A stretch of 64,000 bases of DNA from positions 12,772,001 to 12,836,000 of the forward strand of contig JBHGNT010000020.1 of assembly GCA_043228905.1 (NCBI GenBank). The letters run 5' to 3'. Numbering within the stretch: the first letter of the stretch is position 1; each line of letters starts with the position of its first letter. Origin of the DNA: Azolla caroliniana. Its lineage: Eukaryota; Plantae; Polypodiophyta. Below, piece by piece: positions 1-13,000 of the stretch. Position numbers and translations under genes: made by a program. Below the pieces are notes generated by a model. That model saw only the letters and a list, made by a program, of their open reading frames with translations. It searched no databases and was not told the DNA's origin.

Positions 1-190
1 AGGGTCCTATGGTGTTTAATGGCCCAATAAACAAAATAATTCTAAGCAATTAGCTCTTTAAGTGAAAAAATGGAAAAGTGAACATATTCTAAAGACCATT
101 CATACCTTTGTTTCAACAAAGTTCATACGACATGATGTATAACACAAGAAGACTTTGTAATAAAGTTTTACCTCAATATTGACATCAAAC

Positions 191-194
<4 letters not shown>

Positions 195-232
<38 letters not shown>

Positions 233-253
233 CGTGGGGGGGGGGGGGGGGGG
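195..253. repeat. (TA)n microsatellite followed by a poly-G run
   Basis: Directly visible: (TA)n at about 195-230 and a G run at about 236-253. Confidence 0.9.
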
Positions 254-3009
254 TATGTAGTGGCGCAACCATAGTTAATGGTATTAGTTTCACATAAATT
301 TTTATTTTTATTTTTCCCTCTAAAGAGACACACCTTCGTATTTATTTATTTATTTTTTCACATAAAAATTTATTAATCACATGAACATTTTTATACAAAC
401 AATGTAACGACATTCATTACCACAATTACATGGCTCACTATGCATTTTTGCTAGCTTACAATAAAACATTCAAATAATATGGATGTATGCTTGCTTGCCA
501 ACCTGCATGTGGGTGTTTAATAGTACCTAATCTAATATTGTGATTGTTAACGACAAGTTTTGCATTTTTTAATATTTAGGAAGCCAATATAGGTGTATTG
601 GCATAGCCTTGCTAAAAGGCATGTTATGTATTGTTTGAGAAGCCTAGTCTGAAAAGTTTGTGTTAGAGGTTGACTTTTAGAGAATAGTTTTACCTTTTTT
701 ATCGATACAAATGACATGTGTGTTAACCAAATCCAAACTTGAACATTATAGTCTTGCAAATCATTTGGCAGAGTTACCATTACAAAACGACCATCGTATA
801 AGAACACATATGCATGTAAAGTTTTAGGCAATGGTTTCAAATTGTGTTTCAATAATACGACAATATATTTGACCTCACTTGATATTATGACATAAATAAT
901 TGAGAACAATAATGAAATCGCAAGAAAGGATAATTCCAATTAACATGGTAATCATGATTAAGAGAGAACTAGGGGTCAATGAAATTGAATGTCCAAATTG
1001 AGAAGAAACAATTTAATATAAATTGTCATAATCTCCATAAGTTGTTATACAATGACATTATTAATCAAAGATACGGAAAGACATATCTTCATATCATGCT
1101 CGTTCTTGTTTACGCCAAGATCGTGATATGTTGATGTGTTATTCTATCCATTGCATTTGTGAAGCCTTTGTTGCCTTCTTAGTGTTACCTTTTAAACCTT
1201 CTTAGCGTTGCCTTTTAAAGGCTTGGGCTACCACATACTTAATTCTGCACGTGCACAAGTTTTTATCCATGCCCTATCATCTGTTTATATATTTGAAATA
1301 TGGAATTCTTGTAGGGTAATCTTAGGAATCTATAAGCAACAATGTGTGCAGATGCATAACGTATCTTATATGGCATATAAAGGCAATGATTTCACATTGA
1401 AAATTCTTGTCATAATCTTTATAATTGATATTCTACTCGTTTCTTCAACCACATTTTTGTAAAGAGTTACATGAGCTGAAATTATGTTTATCATGCATGA
1501 AAGCACACTTTCTTGCATGCACGTGCTATTCTGTGCCAAGTTCTACTTAAGAGGATATAGATACCTTGTATGGAGAAAAAATATGTGGCGGAATAAGGAA
1601 TTTGGTGCAAAAGGTTTCCATGAAGTTCTATTAATGGATAAAGAATATAAAACCACTTTGGGTTATCATTCATCTTGCTTGATTATCCCGTGAATTGGTA
1701 ATAAAAGAGGTGGTTCCGTTGAAAGTGTTGACGTAGATCCTCACACCTAATAATCCAACAAGCATTAAGCAAGAAAGAGGCGATTCCATCTAGCATGTTC
1801 CCAAAATTCCTCTTGCCTAATAACCTCACATGCATTAGCCAATAGCAAGAATGATGTTGTTTCCATGTTATATAAGGGGAGCCTTCAGGCACCAATATAA
1901 GATTCTCTCTAGGTAAATGTTGATTGCACATCTATGTTGTGATTTTCTCCCATTATGTTGCTCTATTAATGCCATTGTACACATAATGCTTTCCATATGA
2001 AGGATACTATGTTGAACAAGGAGGCTATGGCGGTGTTATTGCAAAAAGTAGGCCGACTTGCAAATTTTGCAAGAGAGTTGAAGTTCGAAATAGTGGTTAT
2101 CACAAATTGCCTCATACATTTCTTTGAGTAATACTCTTTCCACGATTGTTTTCAAGAGGGTTTCGAAATGATGTCAAAGACATATTGTTTATTTTAGATG
2201 ATCTCAAAACCCTATTAGAGGTATTAAATATGTAGTCCAATAATTGCCTACTTAGGTATAAACATGATCATCAACGGTTCTATACTAGTTTCAATCCTTC
2301 AAACACCTATAACTCTTTTTACTCCTATTGTAATCACATTTTTTAGGGATAATTGGTCCAATATAAAGTTTTTTGGAGTCATTTTATCCCCTCGAAAAAC
2401 ATCATAAAAAGGGGATAATCTAATCTATGTTTGTATGTGGATGTTCACGTCCCATGGTTTGTGAATACCCAATCAAACTATCTAGGATGTTGCGAAACTG
2501 TGAATGACGTGGATGCAACACTAATGAAAGCATGCTACATTTCTTGTGGAGCCTTCCATGATTACAACATTGCTTACAACTAAGGTTTGTTGGCCATAGT
2601 TTTGGCGAGCCCTTCAGGGTTACTTACTTGCAATGACTTTTTAGTTCATAAGTATAGGAGATCTCTAGGTTCATATATCTTGTTTCCACTACTTGTGTGT
2701 TATTATGTCATCTTGAGGTTTCCCACATGTAGTGTAATGCATTATAATTGATAAGAAAAGCACGTGTGCCCTAGTTCAATTTAGTCTCTCAATCGACATT
2801 CCAAAATCACTAGACAAAGTTATACTAACAAGTTCTCATATGATGAAGGTAAGTGTTCCATGGAGGCCAAAGCTCTAGCTTCACAATTCAGATGTTAAAT
2901 TCTAAGTATTTCCTTAATTGTTAACAAAAGAGCTTCACAATTGAGCTTATCCTAGTGGTAAGTTTCTATTACTGCATACATATCCTCTTAATTTGCTATG
3001 TCTTCTTCT

Positions 3010-5230
3010 TCTCTCTCTGGGAGGCATCCCAATATTGGGAACTCTACCATATGCTCATGAGTAGCAATTGCGTCACTGTGTGGAAGAGACTACGAGAACC
3101 AAGACCACAAACACCCATCAAGAATCCCAACACTTGGCACACATATACAGAGAAACTTTACCAAGTCCCAAACCAACCACCCATTCCAATGCCTTCTACA
3201 CCTCGACCTACCATGGGGACACTTTTCACGACCTCTGGGATCACAAAGGTCATAAAGAAATTACAACATAGGAAGTCCATGGACCACACAAGATTGCAAG
3301 CAGAACAAATCATATATGCGCGAGAGTGCCTAGCTCCCTTTCTAACTCAAATATTAAATTGTGCCCTCGCCGAGGGTTTTCTACCACAATGGACTATGAA
3401 CATAGTGCCCCCCATACATAAAGGAGGAGACCCCATGGACCCAAATACATATAGGACCATTATGATAGGTCATACACTCGCTAAATTATATGGTGCAGTA
3501 ATGGAAGCAGAGCTTAGTGATTATATGGAGACCTTAAATCTTCGCGTACTTGAACAGGTTGGCTTTAGACGAGCCTTCTCTACTATTGATCATATCTTCA
3601 CACTTAGATGCTTAATTGACCAGACAAAGGCTCACAAGAAGAAATTATATTGTTGTTTTGTGGACTTCCGCAAAGCCTTTGACACAGTCCTTAGAGAGTG
3701 GTTGTTTGATAGACTTAAAAGCTTGAAGATACCAAATGACATGATTTGGGCCATCTACGCACTATATGAGCAAGTCTTCGGGTGTGTACGATGCCCATGT
3801 GGCCTATCCAACTTCTTCACTAGCACTATTGGTGTAAAACAAGGTTGCCCCCTATCACCAACTCTTTTTGGGATCTACATTGATGAGATCATGGATTTTA
3901 TTGCTCGTAAGGGAGGCAACGGAGTAGTCCTTGGGGGTACACAGGTTCGTATCTTGCTCTATGTAGACGACATAGTTTTGCTCTTTGAGTCTGAACACAA
4001 CCTACAAAGGCACCTTAATGCCTTAGATGACTTTTGCGCACAACGAGGATTGATAGTGAACCTAGGGAAAACTAAAGTCCTTATCTTCCACACATTGGCT
4101 CAAGTTAGAACTAAGTATCACCTAACCATCTCCCATAGCCCAATTGAGGTAGTTGGATCATAAGTATATCTCGCAGTCACTTTCAGTGCCAGCTCAGGTA
4201 AATTTTCTATGACACAGGCAACGAAGGATAGACTTATGAGAGGACATGCATCCCTCTCACTTTTAGAGAGACAATGCCACCATGCATACTTTCAAGAGCC
4301 ACAGACTAAGGGGTGGCTCTTCGACTCATTAGTGACCCCCTCCCTCATGTATGCATCAGTAGTATGGGCTCCAGGTTTACCATCTTTCATGTGGATGCAA
4401 TTAGAGAGACATTTGGTGATGATGCTATCACGTCAACTTCGAAGCAAATCGGCAGTACCACATGACATTATTAGAGCAAAGTTCAGTTTGCTGCTGATGT
4501 TAGAAACACTTTTCCAAGTGGTAGATTTTATTCATCGGATACATAGACAACCACAAGATAGTATATCCCGTCAAGCTTTTGAGCCATCCTAATCCCTAAT
4601 GTGTCCAGATACACTAGCTCTTGGTATATCATTGTAGTGAGTTAGTTACTTGCAGTTGCAAATGGTATAAACATTAATAACCTACCTCCCCTTAAGTACA
4701 ACCATGAGACTTATCAAACTTTAATATCACATGAAGACCGTAATAAAGTAATACGCCAAGAAATATGGCAAATTTACACCCGATTTAAATGGATCCACTC
4801 GCATCTAAAATGTTGTAATATAAGGACCATTTCTTGCACTTCTCTAAGTTAGGTTTTATAACACGACCGAAATATCTAGATACATTCTTATAAAATGCAC
4901 TAAGGGTGGGGGGTGGCCATTGGACAACTTAGGATATCATCTCACCAACTTGAGATTGAAAATGATCATGCTAATAGAGTTCCTAGAGAGGAAAGGCTAT
5001 GTAGGTTATGTCACATAGAGATAGACTCGGATGAGTATCACTTTACATGCAAGTGTCCAAGATAAGGGTGAAATACAAAGACATACTAGGACCCTCTCCC
5101 ACCCTCTCCAGACTATTAGATACCCCGGATATAAAGAGACTAGGTAGGTATATCTTAGAGCTAAAACAACATAGGGAGAATAGATTACAAAGTGTTAACC
5201 ATAACCCATTTAGTATTCACCAACATGTAA
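3010..5230 (+). mobile_element. 5'-truncated, degenerate non-LTR retrotransposon (RTE/RTEX-like LINE ORF2: RT plus C-terminal Cys/His motif)
   Basis: ORF 2955-4163 has RT motifs YRTIMI, QVGFR, FVDFRKAFDTV, GVKQGCPLSP and LLYVDD. The frame continues past a stop in 4209-4592. About 4925-5060 reads LRISSHQLEIE...ERLCRLC...DEYHFTCKC. Boundaries approximate. Confidence 0.88.
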
Positions 5231-5719
5231 CTAATGTAAATTTTCAGGAACAAAGGGGAGGCAATGAATGTGGACACACCTACATCACTCGGCCTCTCTC
5301 TTGGAAGACGCAGAAATGCAAAGAACAACCAAACGCTCTCAGATGTTGGGCTTCAAAGTTGCTCGATGTGGAATAGAAACGATTAAGAAGATACGGGAAC
5401 GTGAGCTACGCCGCCGCCACGTAGAAGCTATGGTTGGGGTACCTTTTACATTGGGACCATGGGCCACATCCAAATCGAAACTCTTTGACCTCCCGCTTCT
5501 TCTTTTCGAGAGACTTGGATGGAAATGAAACCCGGGCTAGTATAAAGCCATTTCCTTTCTAGAACATGTTCTTTTTTTTTTTTTACTAGAAGTGTTTTAG
5601 CTTAAGCTCTATTTTATGAATGGGTAAATACCCCATTATTATTATTTATTTATTTATTTATCTATCCCCAGTTTGGTCTTAGAACACATTAATATGTATA
5701 CATATATCTTTGTTTCTTT

Positions 5720-5754
<35 letters not shown>

Positions 5755-5779
5755 TTTTTCTCCTTGGCTCTTCTTCAGT

Positions 5780-8322
5780 ATGGCAGCATCCATGGCTGGC
5801 GAAGCTATCCTCGATAGTCTAAGTCCTTCTTCTTCCTCGACAGTATCCCATCATCCCTCCGCTTCCTGTAAGTATTATCCATTCCCTGCTCTTTTAACGG
5901 AAATGTATACATGGACAGCAGCTCTGATGATGATGATGATAAGTTCCTTCCTTTTTCTTCTTCGCAACAAAATAAAGAGAATGGACAGATTTGATGTTAA
6001 TGGTATACGTTTCTTCTTCTTATTTTTCCTGTTTTTTTTCCGTGTCTTTATTTGTGCAGTGTCGGATGATCAACTCTCCATGTGAGATCTCTTTCCTTTC
6101 ACCTTCCATTCCCGAAAGGTTTCTATTTTCTTTCTTCTGCGAAACTTTTCTTGCTTCTTTTTTCTGGCTCCCCTCCCCTCTCCATTTCCATAATTTCATT
6201 TCGCAAAACCTTTTTTGGATTCCATATCACTATTTCCGAACGTTTCTTTAAATTTTCGTTTGCTTTCTTTCTTACCTTCTATTCCATCTCTCCATTCACA
6301 AAGGCAAAGAATACTCTCTCTCTCTCTCTCTCTCTCTCTGTACCCTCTCCGTCTTTCGTCCGTTTTTATTCAATTCAATCTCTCTCCTTTTGCAAAGTTT
6401 TTCTGCAAACCAGTTCCTTTCATTTATTTTTTCCTAGGCGTCTGACACTGCATTATCTCTTTCTCCCTATCAATTTTTATTTTTTGCAGATATTCTCAAT
6501 TATTCATTGTTTGGATTTGCTGTCGCTGAATAAAAAACCTCACCCGACTCTTGCTGTAAATGCCAGGCTCTATTTTCTATTTAGTAAAAATTTGGAGAGA
6601 GCTCTGCGGATATTGGATCAGAAGGGAGTTTATCGCATTGTTGGAGAGCCAAGCAAACGTGTAACTTTCCAGGTAATTGTTTCCTAAAAATTGTTTTCTT
6701 CATTTTTCTTTAGAAATCTATATGTAATCCTCTTTTGATGCATTGTCTGAGAGACAATTATGAAAGGTTAACTTCAGTTTCCCATAAAGGGAATGACCTC
6801 TATGAAGGTCAAATTTCTATGTAAATTATGAACAGGCGTGGAGGATGAAATCTATCAATGAATTCTACCTTTGCAAGAAAGAGTATTAACCGTTGCTATG
6901 AAACTCTATGGAGCTCAATTTGCCTTGAAAATGATAGGGAAAATATGATAAGAGGTTGAAAGATGTGTTGTGTAATGTGTGATAAAGTCTTTTGATTATT
7001 ATCATTATATCTTTTATTAAAGGTGTGATCTTTTGACACAACATAATAGGTTAGTCAAGAGAAATATACTTGGTGATATAAAAGGAGACAAATCTTGGTG
7101 AAATTCTGTAGTGACTATGGAAATGAATCCCATTCAAGGTTAGGGGATATATGCCTATTCTGTATATGTAAGTATATATCTTGAAAGGATAAAGAACGTT
7201 GAATTTGATCTCTTGATGCCAGTATACACTGTAAGGTGTTTGTACAAATGCATAGTTTTTCTATGCAATTGTAGAAACATCATAAATTTTTATAGATGTA
7301 TTTGTCGTCCTTGTGTGGATAAATGATATAGATAGCAGAGAACAAATTTTCATGTCACTGTATGAACCTGAAATCCCTCTTTTAGAGTATGGAGTAATGT
7401 AACATACTAAGTCATTTCATGGTCATGGATTATGTATTCAAAGTTTCGGAATCTCTATTTAGAGGACGTGGAAATAAAATCAATCATTGACTGGAACTTT
7501 TGTTGCCATCATTTATGAACGAAGTGTTTTGTTATCCAGATACCTGATTAAATCTTATACATTTGTGTTTGTATATATATATATATATATGCGAAAGACC
7601 TGTATATTTTATTACATGTTTCATATGTATGTGTTTTGTATATTTTATGGTGCATTCCTTTGATCAACTTTTACGAGCCTTTTATGACTTATAAATATAT
7701 GCATCTCAGCTTGAACTGGCTTTTCTTGTTTTTCAGGTTGCTGGTGAATCCAAAGGCAATGACAAGTATCTCTGCTTTCCTAGACACTTTTGCTCATGCC
7801 ATTCATTTTTCTTTGATGTTGTTGGTCGTGGTGAACAGCTTTGTGTAAGAAACACTTTTTAACATACTTTTTTTTTAAAGTTATTTGAGAAGATCTTTTA
7901 TGCATTCTTTAGACCTATTTGTATGCTGGATGATGAGCTTGGAAGTTGTCTTTTATAATTGTTTGCAATGCAGTGTAAACATGGATTATAAAGGTTCACA
8001 AGCATGAGAAGAATTTCTATAATTTCTCATTTAGACCTATTTGAATGCTGGATGATGAACTTGGATGTTGACTATCGTAATTGATTGCAAGACAGTTTAA
8101 ACTTCAGTTATAAGTGTTTTTCGAGTTGTATAAAAAACGTCTGTACTTTTCTCTTTTAGACCTATGGTAGTGTTGGATGGTGAACTTGGAAGTTGAAGTC
8201 TATTATAATTGTTTGCAATGTAGTGTAAACATCAATTAGCAGCAAGGATTGGTGATGCTCTGGGAATATGTCAACAGGTTACATTGTCAGATGAAGAGCT
8301 TGCTGTTTTGTTGTTGCAGTAA
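5780..8322 (+). CDS. ZSWIM7: SWIM zinc-finger protein, ZSWIM7/SWS1 (Shu complex) homolog, 5 exons, about 140 aa
   Basis: Exons 5780-5867, 6060-6081, 6567-6672, 7737-7844, 8224-8322. All introns are GT-AG and phases are consistent (423 nt). Translation includes LSDDQLSMLYFLFSKNLERALRILD...KYLCFPRHFCSCHSFFFDVVGRGEQLCCKHQLAAR, with the SWIM CxC...CxH motif, matching plant ZSWIM7/SWS1 as recalled. Confidence 0.9.
7905..8240 (+). repeat. Diverged tandem triplication (about 125 bp) spanning the intron 4 acceptor of the SWIM gene
   Basis: Three copies of TTTAGACCTAT...TGGATG(A/G)TGA(A/G)CTTGGA...TGCAA..(C/T)AGT(G/T)TAAAC, with AG acceptors ending at 7973, 8095 and 8223. Confidence 0.85.
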
Positions 8323-9359
8323 TATCATTTAAGGTATTGCTTATTGATGCAAAATTTGTGTTTAAAAGTAGACATTATTCAGTAAATATGTAAGTAAAAT
8401 ATTTAACGCCATAGTGAAATGTAGGAAATTGTTCTTCCCCAGATGAACCTATTACAATCAGAAATATGAGTAATCACACCTTGATGTTTATCTTCATGCA
8501 GGAAAGTATGAAATATATTTGATGGAACTCAAGATGCATCAACATTTTATGCTGTCTTTGTCAAAAAAATTATCCCGGTTCTGCAGAGGCAGCAGCCCGC
8601 ATTAAACATGTCAAAAGAACTCATACATCCTTGCTACAATGTGATAGTGTAACAAGTGTTTTCTACTTGACAATTATATATATAATTATATGCAAACAGA
8701 ATTATGCATGCAATGATTAGATTTGAGACAATGAACTAATGGTTCATGTGGTTTCTAGGACATGAAAAGCAGCAGCTCAAGTATATCTGCTACCATTTTC
8801 ATTTTGACGGTGTTAGAACTTGTTTCTATTTACCGTGGTGTATTTATTTCAAAAAGCACACACTATGAGGATTAGTGTAAATCATAGCTAGCTATGTCAC
8901 ATGCAAAGTGTCACGAAGCTCAAGTATATTTCATACTGTCTTCATTTTGCTGGTGGTATAGATTTATCATTGTATATTTATGTCAGAAAGCACGCCTTAT
9001 GAGGAAAGGATTTATAATTCACAGTAAGATATTGACATCACATGCAAAGTGCTTTGAATATTTTGTGAAACAAACTAAGATCCAAATTTCCTGAAGCCCT
9101 TGCGTCTTTGCACAAATTCACTGTTACTAAACATTTATATCTTGTTTTAGCGAAGTTACATATATTAGAGATCTTGTGGTAATGAAAAACATGTGTTACT
9201 GCCATTGTTATGCAATACACCATTCTGTATTTTGAGAAATTTTTAGAATGATTTAACCTGAACTTGTCATATATCTGAGGTAAACTTTGTCATAGTTTGA
9301 AGGCAGTCCGTTCATTTGACATGTCTAGTGCATAGTGCACAGAGTGCTGCCATATTTAG

Positions 9360-9628
9360 TACACAGTGTAGTACACTATGCTATGCAAACTCCACTTCCA
9401 TTATGTAAATTGAACTTCCATTGCAATGGATTGAAAGAAAGCACAAGCATAAAATGCTTGATTCACTCCTTGAAAGTAGTAAAAACCAATAGAATACAAG
9501 GCAATGTAGTTGAATCAAAACTCCCATTTAATGTGTTTACACAGTGAAGTACACTATGCTATGCAAACTCCGCTTCCATTATGTAAATTGAACTTCCATT
9601 GCAATGGATTGAAAGAAAGCACAAGCAT
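9360..9628. repeat. Direct repeat of about 90 bp between the converging SWIM and PMK genes
   Basis: TACACAGTG..GTACACTATGCTATGCAAACTCC...GAAAGCACAAGCAT at about 9360-9450 and 9538-9628, near identical. Confidence 0.9.
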
Positions 9629-10025
9629 TTTATGCAATGAATCAAGGTAATTTGTTACTAGTATCATCCCATAAAATATTTATTACAAATGTAATTAAGG
9701 TAATTTAGCTAGAATCTCTTGATATGCGTATATACTGGGTTTATGTATTGATCTACACAGCAGATACTTAATCAGAACCGAACCTATGTATATACAATGA
9801 TGACACAAGCAATTTAATGCACATTCCACATAATATTCCATCTAAAAATCAGAGGGGTTGTTTGTAGCTTGAGATCCACCATCATACCATATAAGACCTC
9901 CAACAAATGTGCAACAATTAATTACACCAGCTGATTTTTTATTTTTACTGTACCAATAAGGATGTGTAAGAATAATAGAAAAAATGATCAAAACGAACAA
10001 GTGGTTGCAACAAACTTGCAATCAG

Positions 10026-13000
10026 TTAATTATCAAGATTGAGCCCATTCATTTTGCCAATGAGACAACCCTGCCTTGGATCATCTTTCTCTAGCTGCAC
10101 ACCGCGAGGATCCTCAACAACACATAGAGCTAACACCCCTTGTGCACTCCATTCCTCTTCCACCGAAGCACGGGCAGCATCACTAAGAGTAATTGCAAAC
10201 ACGGCATCATATCCACCGGCACCAGGAACCCCTGCAAATAAAACCCCCTTCATATTCATGGTTGCATCAAGCAATGTTGTCTGTGGGGGTGGTTCAACCT
10301 GTGAAAATGACAAGTTATACTGGTAAGTTAATTATATGAGAAAAATGGCAGAGAGATATAAATGCGTTTATAGTGAAAGTTATAAAGGAAATTGTCTATG
10401 AGGAAGATTCAATCTGAGAAAATACAATTGAAAGTCAAATTACTGAAGGTTAGAAGTAAAAAATGGGAGTTGAATGGATTGATGGTTTATGAAAATCATA
10501 TGAGAAAGAGATTGGGATGATCTTATGGTGAAAGCTATGATAGAACTTACAGGAACTCCAGCAGCCTGACCCATTTGCTGTAAGAGTGATCGCACTTTTT
10601 GGAATGCATGCCTTGTTCCAGACAATGCTTCAGCTACTTTAGCATGTATACCTTCAGTTGCTTGCTCCTTCCACTATGTGAATAAGAAAGATAAGACTAA
10701 TGATTGAAATAAATCATAGTTGCCTAAAGGAAACCATGATTGAAAAGGTCACAGAAAGACTCCCAAATTCAATGTGCTATCTTATTCTTTACATACATCT
10801 CCACATGCACATATGGACATGTCAACATATGTATATATGTGCATGTACATGCATACACAGGTGTGTGTTATTTCACATAGAAACTACACAAGGTGCCACG
10901 TTTCATTATTACTTCCAAGTATTTAAAGGTCATCAATATTGTATCACTGTGAGTTCCAATGCTCTCGTGGACTCTGATTTCATAATAGAATTCTCATCCT
11001 AAAACTATCACTTCATTAAAAGCTTACTCTAAAGCTCTGGACTCCCCAAACACATGAAGATCCTCATTTCAGTTAAAAGCAATTGTGTCATTAAAGCATA
11101 CAGTACACAGAAGATATACACATGGTTATCCAGATTCCAAGAAATTAGCATTAGTACCTGTTCTGCTGATTCCTTTTCACGAACTTCTATAGCAGACTTG
11201 TATTCACAAAAATGTTCTTTCGCAATCGTCTTTAACAGTAGGAGTCCACTTTCCACATCCGTATTAGATTGCTGCAGTTTTGACCACAAAAGTTCAGCTT
11301 CTTGTGGTCGAGTCTTGCGCCAGCTCTGTATTGCCCCTACCATTGATGGTGTATGCGAACCACCAAATCCAGGTTCACCAATAATCTGTAAACCAGTACT
11401 AATAAAGCATGTTAAAATACAAATTTGGACACACAAGCAGTATGGACACTCTTTTCCATTTGCATGACTTGTAGGTGCACACTTCTAATTGTTTTGATAT
11501 TATGGCAGATGATATAATGACAATTCATAATGGCAGATGATAAAGAATGCAATGTGGAAACCTAAACGTAAACAAACTTTCAACCATCAATAGGAACATT
11601 CTGTTGAAATGCCGAAGAAGATGTGAATAAAGAATTCATTCAAACCTTTCACAGGCTTCGTGAGGATCACTATACTAATGGTCAAGTAAAATCATTCTTA
11701 TTCGAATAACTCCCATGATGACCTTGGTTATTTAAAGGCTGAGATAAGCTTGACAATACCTTTCTTAGAAAACAATATATTTTATGATTTTAATGTCAAT
11801 GTGTTAAATAAATGTTAAAATAGCTTACCAATTGTAGTAGTGGAGGAAGTGCATATTCTTGTCTTTCAGCATCCCATTTTCCATTTATCATGGTCCGTAC
11901 AACATCAGGTAACGATACATTCTTGGTACCTTCCTATTCATGGAAAAAACACAACGCATCTAAATCAGGCCAAGTTCAACATACAAAAAAAAGGAAAGGA
12001 AATGCTCAGGTCAAATGCATTAGTAAACATTGAATGCATTTATACAGGATGAAGATTATTTCAAATTATGATAATCCATCTTGTAATATGTTGCTTGAGG
12101 TTGTTAAAAAAAATAGACGAGAGTTAATTTACCTTTACAGAAGACAAAAGGGATGGAGAGAATCGCACATATCGTTGACTACCAAAAACTGCTGCACTAA
12201 CATCAAAGCCACTGCCTATCTTTCCTTGTGCAAGACTATGTGCAGCTTGTGATATAGCATGCACAAGGTCAAGATCCTCCTTTTTTGATTTATGTATAAA
12301 ATTTTCATAACTACAAGGAAGTTGTACAATTTGAAGGTAGTGAAGTAGTGCAGCCACAACAGCTGATGTCATAGCAGCAGAAGACCCTAAGCCAGTTTTG
12401 GCCACTTCTGGAAGAATCAAACCACTCAAATCATTTGTGCTGTTGAAGGTGATTGGGGAGAAACGAGGCAATGAAGCAAGCGTTGAGCTTGTCAATGGTA
12501 GCCCATTTGCCTCAATCTAGAGAGGAAAAATCGGAATGAGCAATATAATATAGCTCCATATGAATGAAAACAGAAACTCATAATAATCCTTCCAAAAAAA
12601 TAAATATTTATAGCTCAACTTATCCACACACTATACTTATATAATATATGTGATCTTAAATAGAGATGCCTCATTGTTCTGTGAATATCTAAACAATGTT
12701 CTAGTCCTTGTATGTTGAGATCTTTGATTCTGCAAAGTCAATATATTTACACACAAGAAAGAATAGATACTATATCCATCATTCTCATCAAATTTTTATT
12801 GAAGTTCATCCTTCTCATGAAACACTCCATATATTTGTTTCAATACAGGGAAAAAAAAGCTTACATGTTTTCGATACGAATAGAAATCATTGCTCCCAAG
12901 TATTGATATCTGCAGGCCTAAGAACAATGATCGATTTAATTGTAATGTTCTATTAAGTATAGAATTTATGCCCCACTACAAATAATATAATTATTTTAAC

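Noticed and set aside
236-253. Poly-G run as a functional G-quadruplex
   Set aside because: A homopolymer of uncertain length next to a microsatellite, with no supporting context.
700-2950. Possible decayed DNA-transposon coding region
   Set aside because: Only short broken ORFs and no motif I can name confidently. A translated HMM search is needed.
6082-6687. 201-aa ORF as a standalone membrane protein
   Set aside because: Mostly pyrimidine-rich intron 2 of the SWIM gene. Only 6567-6672 is coding.
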